Positions 19,032 through 27,284 of a stretch of DNA of 64,000 bases are shown here, one piece after another. Each line of letters opens with the position of its first letter. Position 1 is the first letter of the stretch. Both the position numbers and the translations under genes were made by a program. The stretch spans positions 49,656-113,655 of the forward strand of contig DHYV01000040.1 in assembly GCA_002414225.1 (NCBI GenBank), in the 5' to 3' direction. The notes under the pieces were generated by a model that worked only from the letters and a program-made list of their open reading frames with translations, had not been told where the DNA came from and did not search any database. This stretch comes from Desulfobulbaceae bacterium UBA5121. GTDB lineage: Bacteria; Desulfobacterota; Desulfobulbia; Desulfobulbales; UBA5123.

Positions 19032-19975
19032 TGGCCGGGACTCCGCCGACCGCTCTTTTCGAGGAGCCCGCCTGCCCCGTCTGTGGCGGGCGGGAGTACC
19101 GGGTATTGCGGCCGCCATGCTACCCCGCGGGGCTCACCGAGGAGGATGTTCGCGCCGTCTATACCTCGTCGAGTGACGCCAAGCTCCAGGACCAGCTGGT
19201 CGGCTGCCGTGGCTGTGGGCTCGTTTATCTCTCGCCGCGGTTGAAGAGTGAGTTCATCCTCCGTGGCTATGGCGACAACGTCGATCCCACCTTCATTCGG
19301 CAGAACCCCTTCCGGATCAGAACCTTCACCAAGGCGTTGACCAGGCTGCGTCACCGGTTCGGCATCGAGCCGGGCCGTATTTCCGGCCGGGTGCTCGACA
19401 TCGGCTGTGCCGGCGGCGCCTTCCCCAAGGCCGCCGCCGACCTCGGTTTTCCGGTGACCGGTATCGAACCCAGCCGTTGGCTCTGTGAGCAGGGGCGCAT
19501 GGCCTACGGCCTTGATCTCCGCCCCGGGGTGCTTGAAGACTACTCCTGGCAGCCCGGCGAGTTCTCCCTGGTCACGCTATGGGACGTGGTGGAGCACCTC
19601 ACCGATCCGGCCGTGACCCTGCGGGCCATCCGGCCGATCCTGGCCGACGACGGTTATCTGGTGATCAACTATCCCGACATCAACAGCCTGGCGAGCCGGT
19701 TGCTGGGCAGCCGATGGCCCATGCTGCTCAACGTCCACCTCTTCTACTTCACCCGGCGGACCATCACCCTGTTTCTCGAAAAGCAAGGCTTTGCCGTGCT
19801 GGAGATCACCCCCTTCTTTCAGACCCTGGCCCTGGACTATGCCCTGGGACGGGCCGCGGCCTATTTCCCGCCGGTGCGGCTTTTGCAAAAGGTGGCGCTC
19901 TGGTTGGGCGATTCCAGCTTGCCCTTGACCTACAACATCGGCCAGAATCTGGTGGTGGCCAGGAAGAGGGTGTGA
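19031..19975 (+). CDS. class I SAM-dependent methyltransferase with N-terminal zinc ribbon
   Basis: CPVCGG...CRGCG cysteine pairs and SAM motif I VLDIGCAGGAF. Its start overlaps the upstream stop (ATGA). Confidence 0.8.
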   Translation: MAGTPPTALFEEPACPVCGGREYRVLRPPCYPAGLTEEDVRAVYTSSSDAKLQDQLVGCRGCGLVYLSPRLKSEFILRGYGDNVDPTFIRQNPFRIRTFTKALTRLRHRFGIEPGRISGRVLDIGCAGGAFPKAAADLGFPVTGIEPSRWLCEQGRMAYGLDLRPGVLEDYSWQPGEFSLVTLWDVVEHLTDPAVTLRAIRPILADDGYLVINYPDINSLASRLLGSRWPMLLNVHLFYFTRRTITLFLEKQGFAVLEITPFFQTLALDYALGRAAAYFPPVRLLQKVALWLGDSSLPLTYNIGQNLVVARKRV

Positions 19976-20631
19976 TGGAGGGGATCGCGGCGATCATCTT
20001 TGACATGGACGGCGTGCTGCTGCTCTCAAGCCGTATCCATGCCCGGGCATTTGCCCGAGTGTACCAGGAGCTGGGGGTAAAGGGGCCGCCCTACCGGGAG
20101 ATCGCCGGCATGCGTACCGACGAAGCCCTGCGCTACGTGCTGGCCCGACATGGCACGCCCGCCGGCGCCGGGCAGCTCGCCGCCCTGGTGGCCCGCAAGC
20201 GGGATCTGGCCCATGCGCTGCTCGCCAGCGAGCCGCCGCTGGCGCCGGACTGTCGCGCCCAGCTCGCCAGACTGCGCGGCCGTTTTCGCCTCGCCCTGGC
20301 CTCCTCGGCCTCGGAGCGCAACGTGGCACTCTTCCTTGCGGCAAGCGGGGCAGCCGAACTCTTTGACGTGGTCATCGCCGGTGACGCCGTGGCCAGGGCC
20401 AAGCCCGAGCCCGACATTTACCTGGCCGCCCTTAAGGCCCTGGGCTGTCCGCCCGCCGGGGCGCTGGTGGTGGAGGATGCGGTGAACGGCGTCGTCGCGG
20501 CCCGTCGGGCCGGCATACGGGTGGTGGGGATTTCCTCCACCCATGCCGCCGAGGAACTCCTTGCCGCCGGCGCCTGGCAGGTGGCTGCTTCCCTCGCGGA
20601 CCTGGTACGGTTGGTGTTGTCCCATGGCTAG
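19975..20631 (+). CDS. HAD-superfamily hydrolase (beta-phosphoglucomutase/phosphatase subfamily)
   Basis: Start at MEGIAAIIFDMDGVLL (DxD nucleophile motif), with VVEDAVNGVVAARRAG near the C-terminus. TGATG overlap with the upstream gene. Confidence 0.8.
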   Translation: MEGIAAIIFDMDGVLLLSSRIHARAFARVYQELGVKGPPYREIAGMRTDEALRYVLARHGTPAGAGQLAALVARKRDLAHALLASEPPLAPDCRAQLARLRGRFRLALASSASERNVALFLAASGAAELFDVVIAGDAVARAKPEPDIYLAALKALGCPPAGALVVEDAVNGVVAARRAGIRVVGISSTHAAEELLAAGAWQVAASLADLVRLVLSHG

Positions 20632-21424
20632 AATTATTCCCATCACGCAGCTGCAGGGCGGTTGTTTCGCCCCCGACCCGTGCCGATGGACTGCGGTGAT
20701 CCCGGCCGCCGGCCGGGGGAGCCGGCTCGGCTACCGCCACCCCAAGATCCTCTATCCCGTGGCGGGCCGGCCGATTCTGGACTGGCTGGTGGAGCTGCTC
20801 TCGCCGTTTTGCTCGCGCCTGGTCTTTGTCGTCTCCCCGGAGGGCAGGGAACAGGTAGCGGCCCACCTTGAACGGCTCGGCACCGGGGTCTGCCTGTTTC
20901 TCACCCAGGAGGAGCCCACCGGCATGGGGGACGCGGTGCTGCTCGCCGAGGCTGCGGTCACCACCCCCAACACCCTGGTGATCTGGGGCGACCAGGTGGG
21001 CATCGCCCAGGCCACCGTTCTCGCCTGCATGAAGGCCCATGCGCGCTCCCCGGCGCCGCTGCTGACCCTGCCGACGGTGATCAGGGAGCGGCCGTACATC
21101 AGTATCGAGAGGGACGGGGAGGGCAGGATCACCCGTATCGGCCAGCGCCGGGAGGAGGCGATCCCCCTTGCCCGCGGAGAAAACGACTGCGGCCTCTTTT
21201 GTTTTGCCTCCCATGTCCTTTTTGCCGCCCTGCGAACGGCGAAGCGGGAGGGGCTGGGTGTTGGTGCCGCCACCGGCGAGTTCAACCTCCTGCCCATCAT
21301 TCCGATGCTTGACGGCGAAGAGGGGCGGGTGATCACCGTGCGCCTCGCCAACCATGAGGAGGCCATCGGGGTCAACACTCAGGAAGACGCGCAACGGCTC
21401 GCGGAACTGTTAGGGAAGAGATAA
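20624..21424 (+). CDS. nucleotidyltransferase (NTP_transferase fold; sugar-/acid-phosphate nucleotidylyltransferase)
   Basis: Start at MARIIPI. Signature VIPAAGRGSRLG. 266 aa. Overlaps the HAD gene by 8 nt. Confidence 0.75.
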   Translation: MARIIPITQLQGGCFAPDPCRWTAVIPAAGRGSRLGYRHPKILYPVAGRPILDWLVELLSPFCSRLVFVVSPEGREQVAAHLERLGTGVCLFLTQEEPTGMGDAVLLAEAAVTTPNTLVIWGDQVGIAQATVLACMKAHARSPAPLLTLPTVIRERPYISIERDGEGRITRIGQRREEAIPLARGENDCGLFCFASHVLFAALRTAKREGLGVGAATGEFNLLPIIPMLDGEEGRVITVRLANHEEAIGVNTQEDAQRLAELLGKR

Positions 21425-23418
21425 TGGCTGCCGAAAGCTTGAAAGTAGTGGTTTTTTCCGGGGGGAGGGGTACCGGCGAGATCTGTCACGCCCTGCTCAA
21501 ACATCCTCAGATCTCACTCACCGTCCTGGTCAACGCCTATGACGATGGGCTTTCGACCGGGCGCTTGCGGGCCTTTATCCCCGGCATGCTGGGGCCTTCG
21601 GACGTCCGCAAGAACATCGCCCGGTTCATGGAATGCGCCGACAGCTGCCAGCGAGCCTTGCAGCGGCTGGTGGAGTACCGCCTTCCCGACCCCTTTACCT
21701 ATGATCAGGGGCTGGCAATTCTCGAGGCCATGGTCCGCAACCGTCCGCCCGAGCTGGCACCGCTCACCGAGTGGTACCGCGAACTCAACTTCCGTCAATT
21801 CGAGGCCATGGCCGGCTACGCCAGGGCCTTTCTGGACTATGCCGGCGAGCGGGCGGCCGCCGGCACGCGGTTCGACTTCGCCGACTGCTCCATCGGCAAC
21901 ATCCTCTTCTCGGGCTGCTACCTCGCCTGCGGCCAGGACTTCAACCGCACCGTGGCGGCGTTCAGCGCCTTCTGTCGCAGCCGGGCCCGGGTGCTCAACA
22001 TCACCTGCGGGGAAAATCTGGTCTTGGTGGGTCTCAAGGAGGGAGGGCAGATCCTCGCCAACGAGGCGGAACTGGTTTCACCGCAGGACTTCTCGCAGGT
22101 CAACGATATCTATCTCCTGGCGCGTTACCTCTCCAAAGAGGAACTGGCCCGGCTCCGCGAGGCCGAGTCCTGCGCGGCACGCGCTTCCTTCTTGGCGGGC
22201 CTGAGCGTGACCCCGCAGCTCGACGAGGCGGCCGGTGAGGCCCTGACCAGTGCCGACATCATCATCTACGGGCCCGGCACCCAGCACTCTTCCCTTTTCC
22301 CCTCGTATCTCACCCGAGGGGTGGCGGAGGCCATTGCCGGCAACGCCAACGCCGAGAAGATCTTCGTCTCCAATATCCAGAAGGATCATGAAATCCAGGG
22401 CGAAACCGCCAACAGCCTGATCCGCAAACTGCTCTTCTTTCTCAACCGCAAGGGCGAGGTGAGCTTTCCCCATCAGCGGCTGGTGACCACCTTTTTCCTC
22501 CAGTTCCCCAAGGATGGGAGCGCGGCGCCCGAGCGCTATGTGACCTTTGACCGGGACGAGTTTCCCTCGGTGATGGGCAAGGTGGTGCTGGCCGACTGGG
22601 AGGCGCGGCAGGGGGTGCATCTCGGCGGCCGGGTGCTCGACGAACTGCTCAGCCTCGTCAACCTGCGTTGGGAGCGGCAACTGCGGCCCTTCCACTACAT
22701 GGTTTCCATCGTGGTGCCGGCCTTGAACGAGGTGGCCACCGTTGCCGCGGTGTTGGAAGAACTGAAGCTCCTCGACTTCCAGCATCTCGGTATCGGCAAG
22801 GAGATTATCGTGGTGGACGGCGGCTCCGACGACGGCACCTACGAGGCGGCCACGGCGGTGCCGGACGTCAAGGTCTATCGGCTTGCCGGCCGGCGGGGAC
22901 GGGGGGCGGCGTTGCGCCATGGCGTCGACAAGGCGAGCGGCAACATCATTGCCTTTTTCCCGAGCGACGGCGAGTATGCGGTCGGCGATCTCCGGTCGGT
23001 GGTCGCCCCGGTGGTCAACAACGATTTCCCGGCGGTGTTCGGGAGCCGCGCCTTCAAGTGCGTGAGTCTCTCCGACCGGCTGCACACCATCTACCAGGGC
23101 AATCGCGTGGGCTATCTGTTGAGCAAGTACGGAGGCATGCTGATCAGCATCGTGGGCCTCCTGCTCTACAACCGCTATGTCAACGACGCCCTCACCGGGG
23201 TCAAGGCCTTTGACGCCGGGCTGCTGAAGGGGCTCAGGCTGCGCGCCACCGGGGTGGAGTTGGAAACCGAGCTGGTGGCCCGGCTCTCCCAGGCCGGGGT
23301 CTTTATTCTGGAGGTGCCGGTCGATTTCTATCCCCGGACCCGCCGGCAGGGGAAGAAGATCCGCGCCAAGGACGGTTTCGCGGCCCTGTGGAACCTGTTC
23401 CGGTGCCGCTTCAAGTGA
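21424..23418 (+). CDS. fusion protein: N-terminal CofD/YvcK-family (UPF0052) domain + C-terminal family-2 glycosyltransferase domain
   Basis: N-terminal VVFSGGRGTGEI, NAYDDGLSTGRLR and IIYGPGTQHSSLFPSYL match the three CofD/YvcK-family boxes. C-terminal VSIVVPALNE, IIVVDGGSDDGT and FFPSDGEY are GT2 motifs. TAATG overlap with the upstream gene. Confidence 0.75.
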   Translation: MAAESLKVVVFSGGRGTGEICHALLKHPQISLTVLVNAYDDGLSTGRLRAFIPGMLGPSDVRKNIARFMECADSCQRALQRLVEYRLPDPFTYDQGLAILEAMVRNRPPELAPLTEWYRELNFRQFEAMAGYARAFLDYAGERAAAGTRFDFADCSIGNILFSGCYLACGQDFNRTVAAFSAFCRSRARVLNITCGENLVLVGLKEGGQILANEAELVSPQDFSQVNDIYLLARYLSKEELARLREAESCAARASFLAGLSVTPQLDEAAGEALTSADIIIYGPGTQHSSLFPSYLTRGVAEAIAGNANAEKIFVSNIQKDHEIQGETANSLIRKLLFFLNRKGEVSFPHQRLVTTFFLQFPKDGSAAPERYVTFDRDEFPSVMGKVVLADWEARQGVHLGGRVLDELLSLVNLRWERQLRPFHYMVSIVVPALNEVATVAAVLEELKLLDFQHLGIGKEIIVVDGGSDDGTYEAATAVPDVKVYRLAGRRGRGAALRHGVDKASGNIIAFFPSDGEYAVGDLRSVVAPVVNNDFPAVFGSRAFKCVSLSDRLHTIYQGNRVGYLLSKYGGMLISIVGLLLYNRYVNDALTGVKAFDAGLLKGLRLRATGVELETELVARLSQAGVFILEVPVDFYPRTRRQGKKIRAKDGFAALWNLFRCRFK

Positions 23419-23435
23419 GAGAGGAGAGGAAGAGG

Positions 23436-24161
23436 ATGGCCAAGATCTCCATCGTGATTCCGGCGTATAACGAAGAGGGCTTCATCGGCCGGCTCCTGGC
23501 GCGGATCAACCAGGTTGATACCGAGGGAGCGGGCTTTGCGAAGGAGGTCATCGTGGTGGATGACGGTTCCACCGACGCCACGGCCGCCATCGTCGCGGAC
23601 TTTGGCGGCGTGACCCTGATCCGTCAGGCGAACCGGGGCAAGGGGGCGGCGGTTCAGCGCGGGGTCAGCGAGGCCACCGGTGACTTCATCCTGGTGCAGG
23701 ACGCCGACCTTGAATACGATCCCATGGACTACCTGCCCCTGCTCAAGATCCTGGCGGCGAGTGAGGCGCCGGTAGCGGTGTACGGCAGCCGTATCCTGGG
23801 GCAGCTCCGGGACCGGGGCTGGTCGCTGCTGCCGGGGCGTCACCCCCGGCAGGGCTTCGGTCCCTATGTGGCCGGGCTGCTGCTGACCCTCTGGACCTTT
23901 TTTCTCTACGGTCGTTGGATCTCCGATACCCTTACCGCCTACAAGATCTATCCCACGTCGCTGTTGAAAAGCTTCAGGGTCAAGACCAGCGGCTTTGAAA
24001 CCGACCACGAACTTACCGCCAAGCTCATCCGCGCCGGGGTGCGGATCCGCGAGGTTCCCATTCGCTATGAGCCGCGCAGCGCGGCGGAAGGGAAGAAGAT
24101 CGGCGCCAGGGACGGCTTTGTCGCCGTGTGGACCCTGTTGCGGTTCCGTTTCCGATCGTAA
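23436..24161 (+). CDS. family-2 glycosyltransferase (polyprenyl-phosphate hexose synthase-like, soluble/peripheral)
   Basis: MAKISIVIPAYNEE, VIVVDDGSTD and VQDADLEYDP (DxD). 241 aa. RBS gagaggagaggaagagg. Confidence 0.8.
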   Translation: MAKISIVIPAYNEEGFIGRLLARINQVDTEGAGFAKEVIVVDDGSTDATAAIVADFGGVTLIRQANRGKGAAVQRGVSEATGDFILVQDADLEYDPMDYLPLLKILAASEAPVAVYGSRILGQLRDRGWSLLPGRHPRQGFGPYVAGLLLTLWTFFLYGRWISDTLTAYKIYPTSLLKSFRVKTSGFETDHELTAKLIRAGVRIREVPIRYEPRSAAEGKKIGARDGFVAVWTLLRFRFRS

Positions 24162-24203
24162 GTGCACGGACCGTTCGCCGTGGCCCCGCGGGGGAAGCGG
24201 TTT

Positions 24204-25631
24204 CTAGGCAGCGGGGCCTGCCACCGGCAGGAAGAGGGTGAAGGTGGAGCCGACGCCAGGAGTGCTTTCCACCTCGGTGCGGCCGCCGTGGGAGTGGGTC
24301 ACCGCCTCGACCAGGCTCAATCCCAGCCCCAGGCCGCGCTGACTGCGGCTCCGGTCGCCGCGGTAGAGCCGATCGAAGATGTGGGGCAGATCCTGTTCGG
24401 CGATGCCGGCGCCGTTATCGCTGACCTCGACGGCGATCTCCTCCTCCTGCCGCCGGGCGGTGACCGAAACCTGGCCGCCGACCGGGGTGTACTTGATGGC
24501 GTTGTCGAGGAGGTTGGCGACGACCTGGCGCATCCGGTCGCTGTCCGCCCTCACGGAGAGCGTCGGCGGCACCTGGCAGAGAACGGTGATCTCCTTGTCG
24601 TCCGCCACGTACTGGTAGAGATCCACCACCTCGTTCAACAGTTCCGCCACGTCAATCTCCTTGATCCGCAGCCGCATCACCCCTGTCTCCGCCTCGGAGA
24701 TGTCCATCAGGGTCGAGAGCATGGTGGTGAGCCGCTCCGACTCCTCGCCACAGTCCATCAGCGCCTCACGCAGGGCCTCGGGGTCGGACTCGGCCTGCAG
24801 GGCGGTTTCGATGGTCGCCCGCAGCCGGGTTGCCGGGGTGCGCAGGTCATGGGCAACGTTGTCCAGGGCGTCACGCATGCCGGTGATCAGGCTGCTGATT
24901 TTCTCCAGCATGCCGTTGAAGAGATGGACGAGGTCGTTTAATTCGTCGCCGGTGCGCGGGTCCGGCACCCGGGCGTCCAGCCGGCCGGTGTCGATGCTCC
25001 GTACGGTGTGGATCAGTTCGCGGATGGGGCGCAAGGCCCTGGAGGCGAGGAAAAAACCGCCACAGAAACCGAAGATGACCGCCGGCAGCAGGATGAAGGC
25101 AAATTTTTTGCGAAAGTTAGCCCGGTGCCGTTCACGGAGGGCGGCATCCTTGCCTACCTGGAGGATGATGCCGCCGGGCAGCACGCGGCTGGCGAACTCC
25201 GCGCCCTGCACCCGGTCCGTGGCCGGCAGTTCTCCCCAGGAAACGGCCCCGGGCTCCAGACTGGTGGCCAAGTCGAAGTGGATGACGTCGGCGCGTTCCC
25301 AGCCCAGCGGCAGGGTCAGCACCAGGGTGTTGCCCCTGTGATTGAGAACCCGCACGATGAACCCGTTGTGGTGATTGCTCAACTCCTCCTGATGGATGGC
25401 GGCGATCAGTGCCGCCTCCCCTAGCTGCTCGCCTTGGAGGCTGTACTCCTGGAGTTTTGCCAGGACGATGTCACGGTCTTCTTCGAGAAAGGTCAAGCGA
25501 AGCGGAATGAAGACCAGGGCGAAGAGAACCACGGCGCTCGAGATGAAGACCGAAGAGTACCAGAGGGCGAGCCGGAAATTGAGGGAACGCAGCAGGCGTT
25601 TAATCGGCCTTGATGACATAGCCAACGCCAC
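24204..25631 (-). CDS. sensor histidine kinase (CusS/heavy-metal-sensor-like: 2 TM, HAMP, HisKA, HATPase_c)
   Basis: H-box NVAHDLRTPATRL, LLDNAIKYTP, SDNGAGI and GLGLGLSLV. Overlaps the upstream regulator gene. Confidence 0.85.
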   Translation of the reverse strand: MALAMSSRPIKRLLRSLNFRLALWYSSVFISSAVVLFALVFIPLRLTFLEEDRDIVLAKLQEYSLQGEQLGEAALIAAIHQEELSNHHNGFIVRVLNHRGNTLVLTLPLGWERADVIHFDLATSLEPGAVSWGELPATDRVQGAEFASRVLPGGIILQVGKDAALRERHRANFRKKFAFILLPAVIFGFCGGFFLASRALRPIRELIHTVRSIDTGRLDARVPDPRTGDELNDLVHLFNGMLEKISSLITGMRDALDNVAHDLRTPATRLRATIETALQAESDPEALREALMDCGEESERLTTMLSTLMDISEAETGVMRLRIKEIDVAELLNEVVDLYQYVADDKEITVLCQVPPTLSVRADSDRMRQVVANLLDNAIKYTPVGGQVSVTARRQEEEIAVEVSDNGAGIAEQDLPHIFDRLYRGDRSRSQRGLGLGLSLVEAVTHSHGGRTEVESTPGVGSTFTLFLPVAGPAA

Positions 25632-26274
25632 GGATGGTACGGATCAGTTTATGGTCGTAGTTGCGGTCGATCTTGTTGCGCAGCCGGCAGACCAGGACGT
25701 CCATGACGTTGGTCTGCGGCGTGAAGTTGTAGTGCCAGACATGTTCGATGATCATCGCCTTGGAAAGCACCCGGCCCTGGTTGCGCATCAGGTAGGCGAG
25801 CAGGGCGAATTCCCTGGGCTGCAGGTCGATGGGCTGGCCGTCGCGGGTCACCTCGCGCTTGAGGATGTCGAGCGCGAGGTCGCCGACGGTGAGGGTGGTT
25901 GCCTCGCCGCTTTTGGCAGACCGGCGGATGAGCGCCTGGACCCTGGCCAGGAGTTCGGGAAACGAAAAGGGTTTGACCAGGTAGTCGTCGCCGCCCGCCT
26001 GGAGGCCCTTGACCCGGTCTTCCACCGAGCGCTTGGCGCTCAGGATGATCACCGGCGTGTCGACGTGCCGCCGCCGCAGCTCGTCGAGCAGGGCGAGGCC
26101 GTCGAGTCCGGGGAGCATGATGTCGAGAATTGCCGCGTCATAGGGGGCCTGCAGGGCGAGTTGCAGCCCCTTGGGGCCGTTGTCTGCCTGATGCACGGTA
26201 TAGCCTTCCTGTCTGAAACCGGTGGCGATGTATGAGGCGATCTTGATGTCGTCCTCCACTACGAGAATGTTCAT
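25600..26274 (-). CDS. OmpR-family response regulator (CusR-like)
   Basis: MNILVVEDD, ILDIMLPGLDG and the winged-helix C-terminus IRTIRGVGYVIK. 224 aa. Confidence 0.9.
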   Translation of the reverse strand: MNILVVEDDIKIASYIATGFRQEGYTVHQADNGPKGLQLALQAPYDAAILDIMLPGLDGLALLDELRRRHVDTPVIILSAKRSVEDRVKGLQAGGDDYLVKPFSFPELLARVQALIRRSAKSGEATTLTVGDLALDILKREVTRDGQPIDLQPREFALLAYLMRNQGRVLSKAMIIEHVWHYNFTPQTNVMDVLVCRLRNKIDRNYDHKLIRTIRGVGYVIKAD

Positions 26275-26523
26275 GGGGATCTCCCGTTGGCGTCATGTCG
26301 GCAGAGATCGGGGATTGTCGGCGGCGCCTCAGCAGTGTATGGTGGTTGTTTTGCCGGACGGGGCGATCAACCCGTCACGGTCGTGGGCCTGTAAAGTGCG
26401 TGCGTTTCCTGCGGAATGTCCCTCCCAGGCATGTGGCGTGCTCCTTGCCCCGCTGCAGGTAGCCCTGCCAGGTGGGAACGGTTATCAAATGAAAAAACTA
26501 ACCTTATAAAATACGGTTGTTTC

Positions 26524-27276
26524 ATGGATAATGCAAGAGGGAAGCATGAGTCGTTTTCTGTGGCGGCGTGGTTTTGGATTACCGCCGGCCTTCTGGTGGC
26601 CACCCTGCTGTTTTTCGAGTTCACCAATCTGGACCTGCAATTACAGCGCCTTCTCTACGATCCGCATACCCGCACCTGGCTGGTTGACGGCAACGCGCCG
26701 CTGCCCCGGCTCTTCTTCTACAGCGGGGTGAAATGGGTGCTGGCCATTGGCGGGGCGGTGCTCTTCTTCCTCCTGCTGGCCGGTTTTCGCGTGGCGCGGC
26801 TGCGCCCCTGGCGGCGGGTATTCTTCTTCATGATCCTCTGCATGGGCATGGTGCCGCTCCTGGTGGCCGGAGCCAAGAACGTTACCAACGTCTTCTGTCC
26901 TTCGGATCTGGCGCTGTTTAACGGCAACAAGCCCTACGTGCGCCTCTTCGAGCCCATGCCGGCCGGTATTGACGGGTGCGGCTGCTGTTTCCCGGCTGGC
27001 CATGCCTCGGGCGGTTTTGCGCTGATGGCTCTCTATTTTCTCTCCGCCCGCCGGCGTCGGCGGGCTCTTGGCCTTGCGGCGGGGATCGGACTTGGCTGGA
27101 TAATGGGGATCTACCAGATGGCCAAAGGGGCGCATTTTCTCTCCCACACCATCGTCACCATGGAACTGGCCTGGATGCTTATCCTACTTTTTTACGCGCT
27201 TCTGTACCGGGGCTGGCGAACGCCATTGGCGCGGGCGGTCTGTACCCCGGCGGACGGGGTGACGGAAGGCCGCTAG
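26524..27276 (+). CDS. PAP2-family membrane phosphatase
   Basis: Start at MDNARGK. Motifs KNVTNVFCPSD, CFPAGHASGGF and SHTIVT, consistent with the KxxxxxxRP / PSGH / SRxxxxxH pattern in degenerate form. Multiple TM helices. Confidence 0.7.
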   Translation: MDNARGKHESFSVAAWFWITAGLLVATLLFFEFTNLDLQLQRLLYDPHTRTWLVDGNAPLPRLFFYSGVKWVLAIGGAVLFFLLLAGFRVARLRPWRRVFFFMILCMGMVPLLVAGAKNVTNVFCPSDLALFNGNKPYVRLFEPMPAGIDGCGCCFPAGHASGGFALMALYFLSARRRRRALGLAAGIGLGWIMGIYQMAKGAHFLSHTIVTMELAWMLILLFYALLYRGWRTPLARAVCTPADGVTEGR

Positions 27277-27284
27277 GGCGGGGG

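Noticed and set aside
21424-22670. CofD-like domain as evidence for coenzyme F420 biosynthesis
   Set aside because: No FO synthase (cofG/H, fbiC), cofE or F420-dependent enzyme is nearby. The domain is fused to a GT2 and sits in a glycosyltransferase operon. A non-F420 role is more parsimonious, so it is reported as a finding instead.
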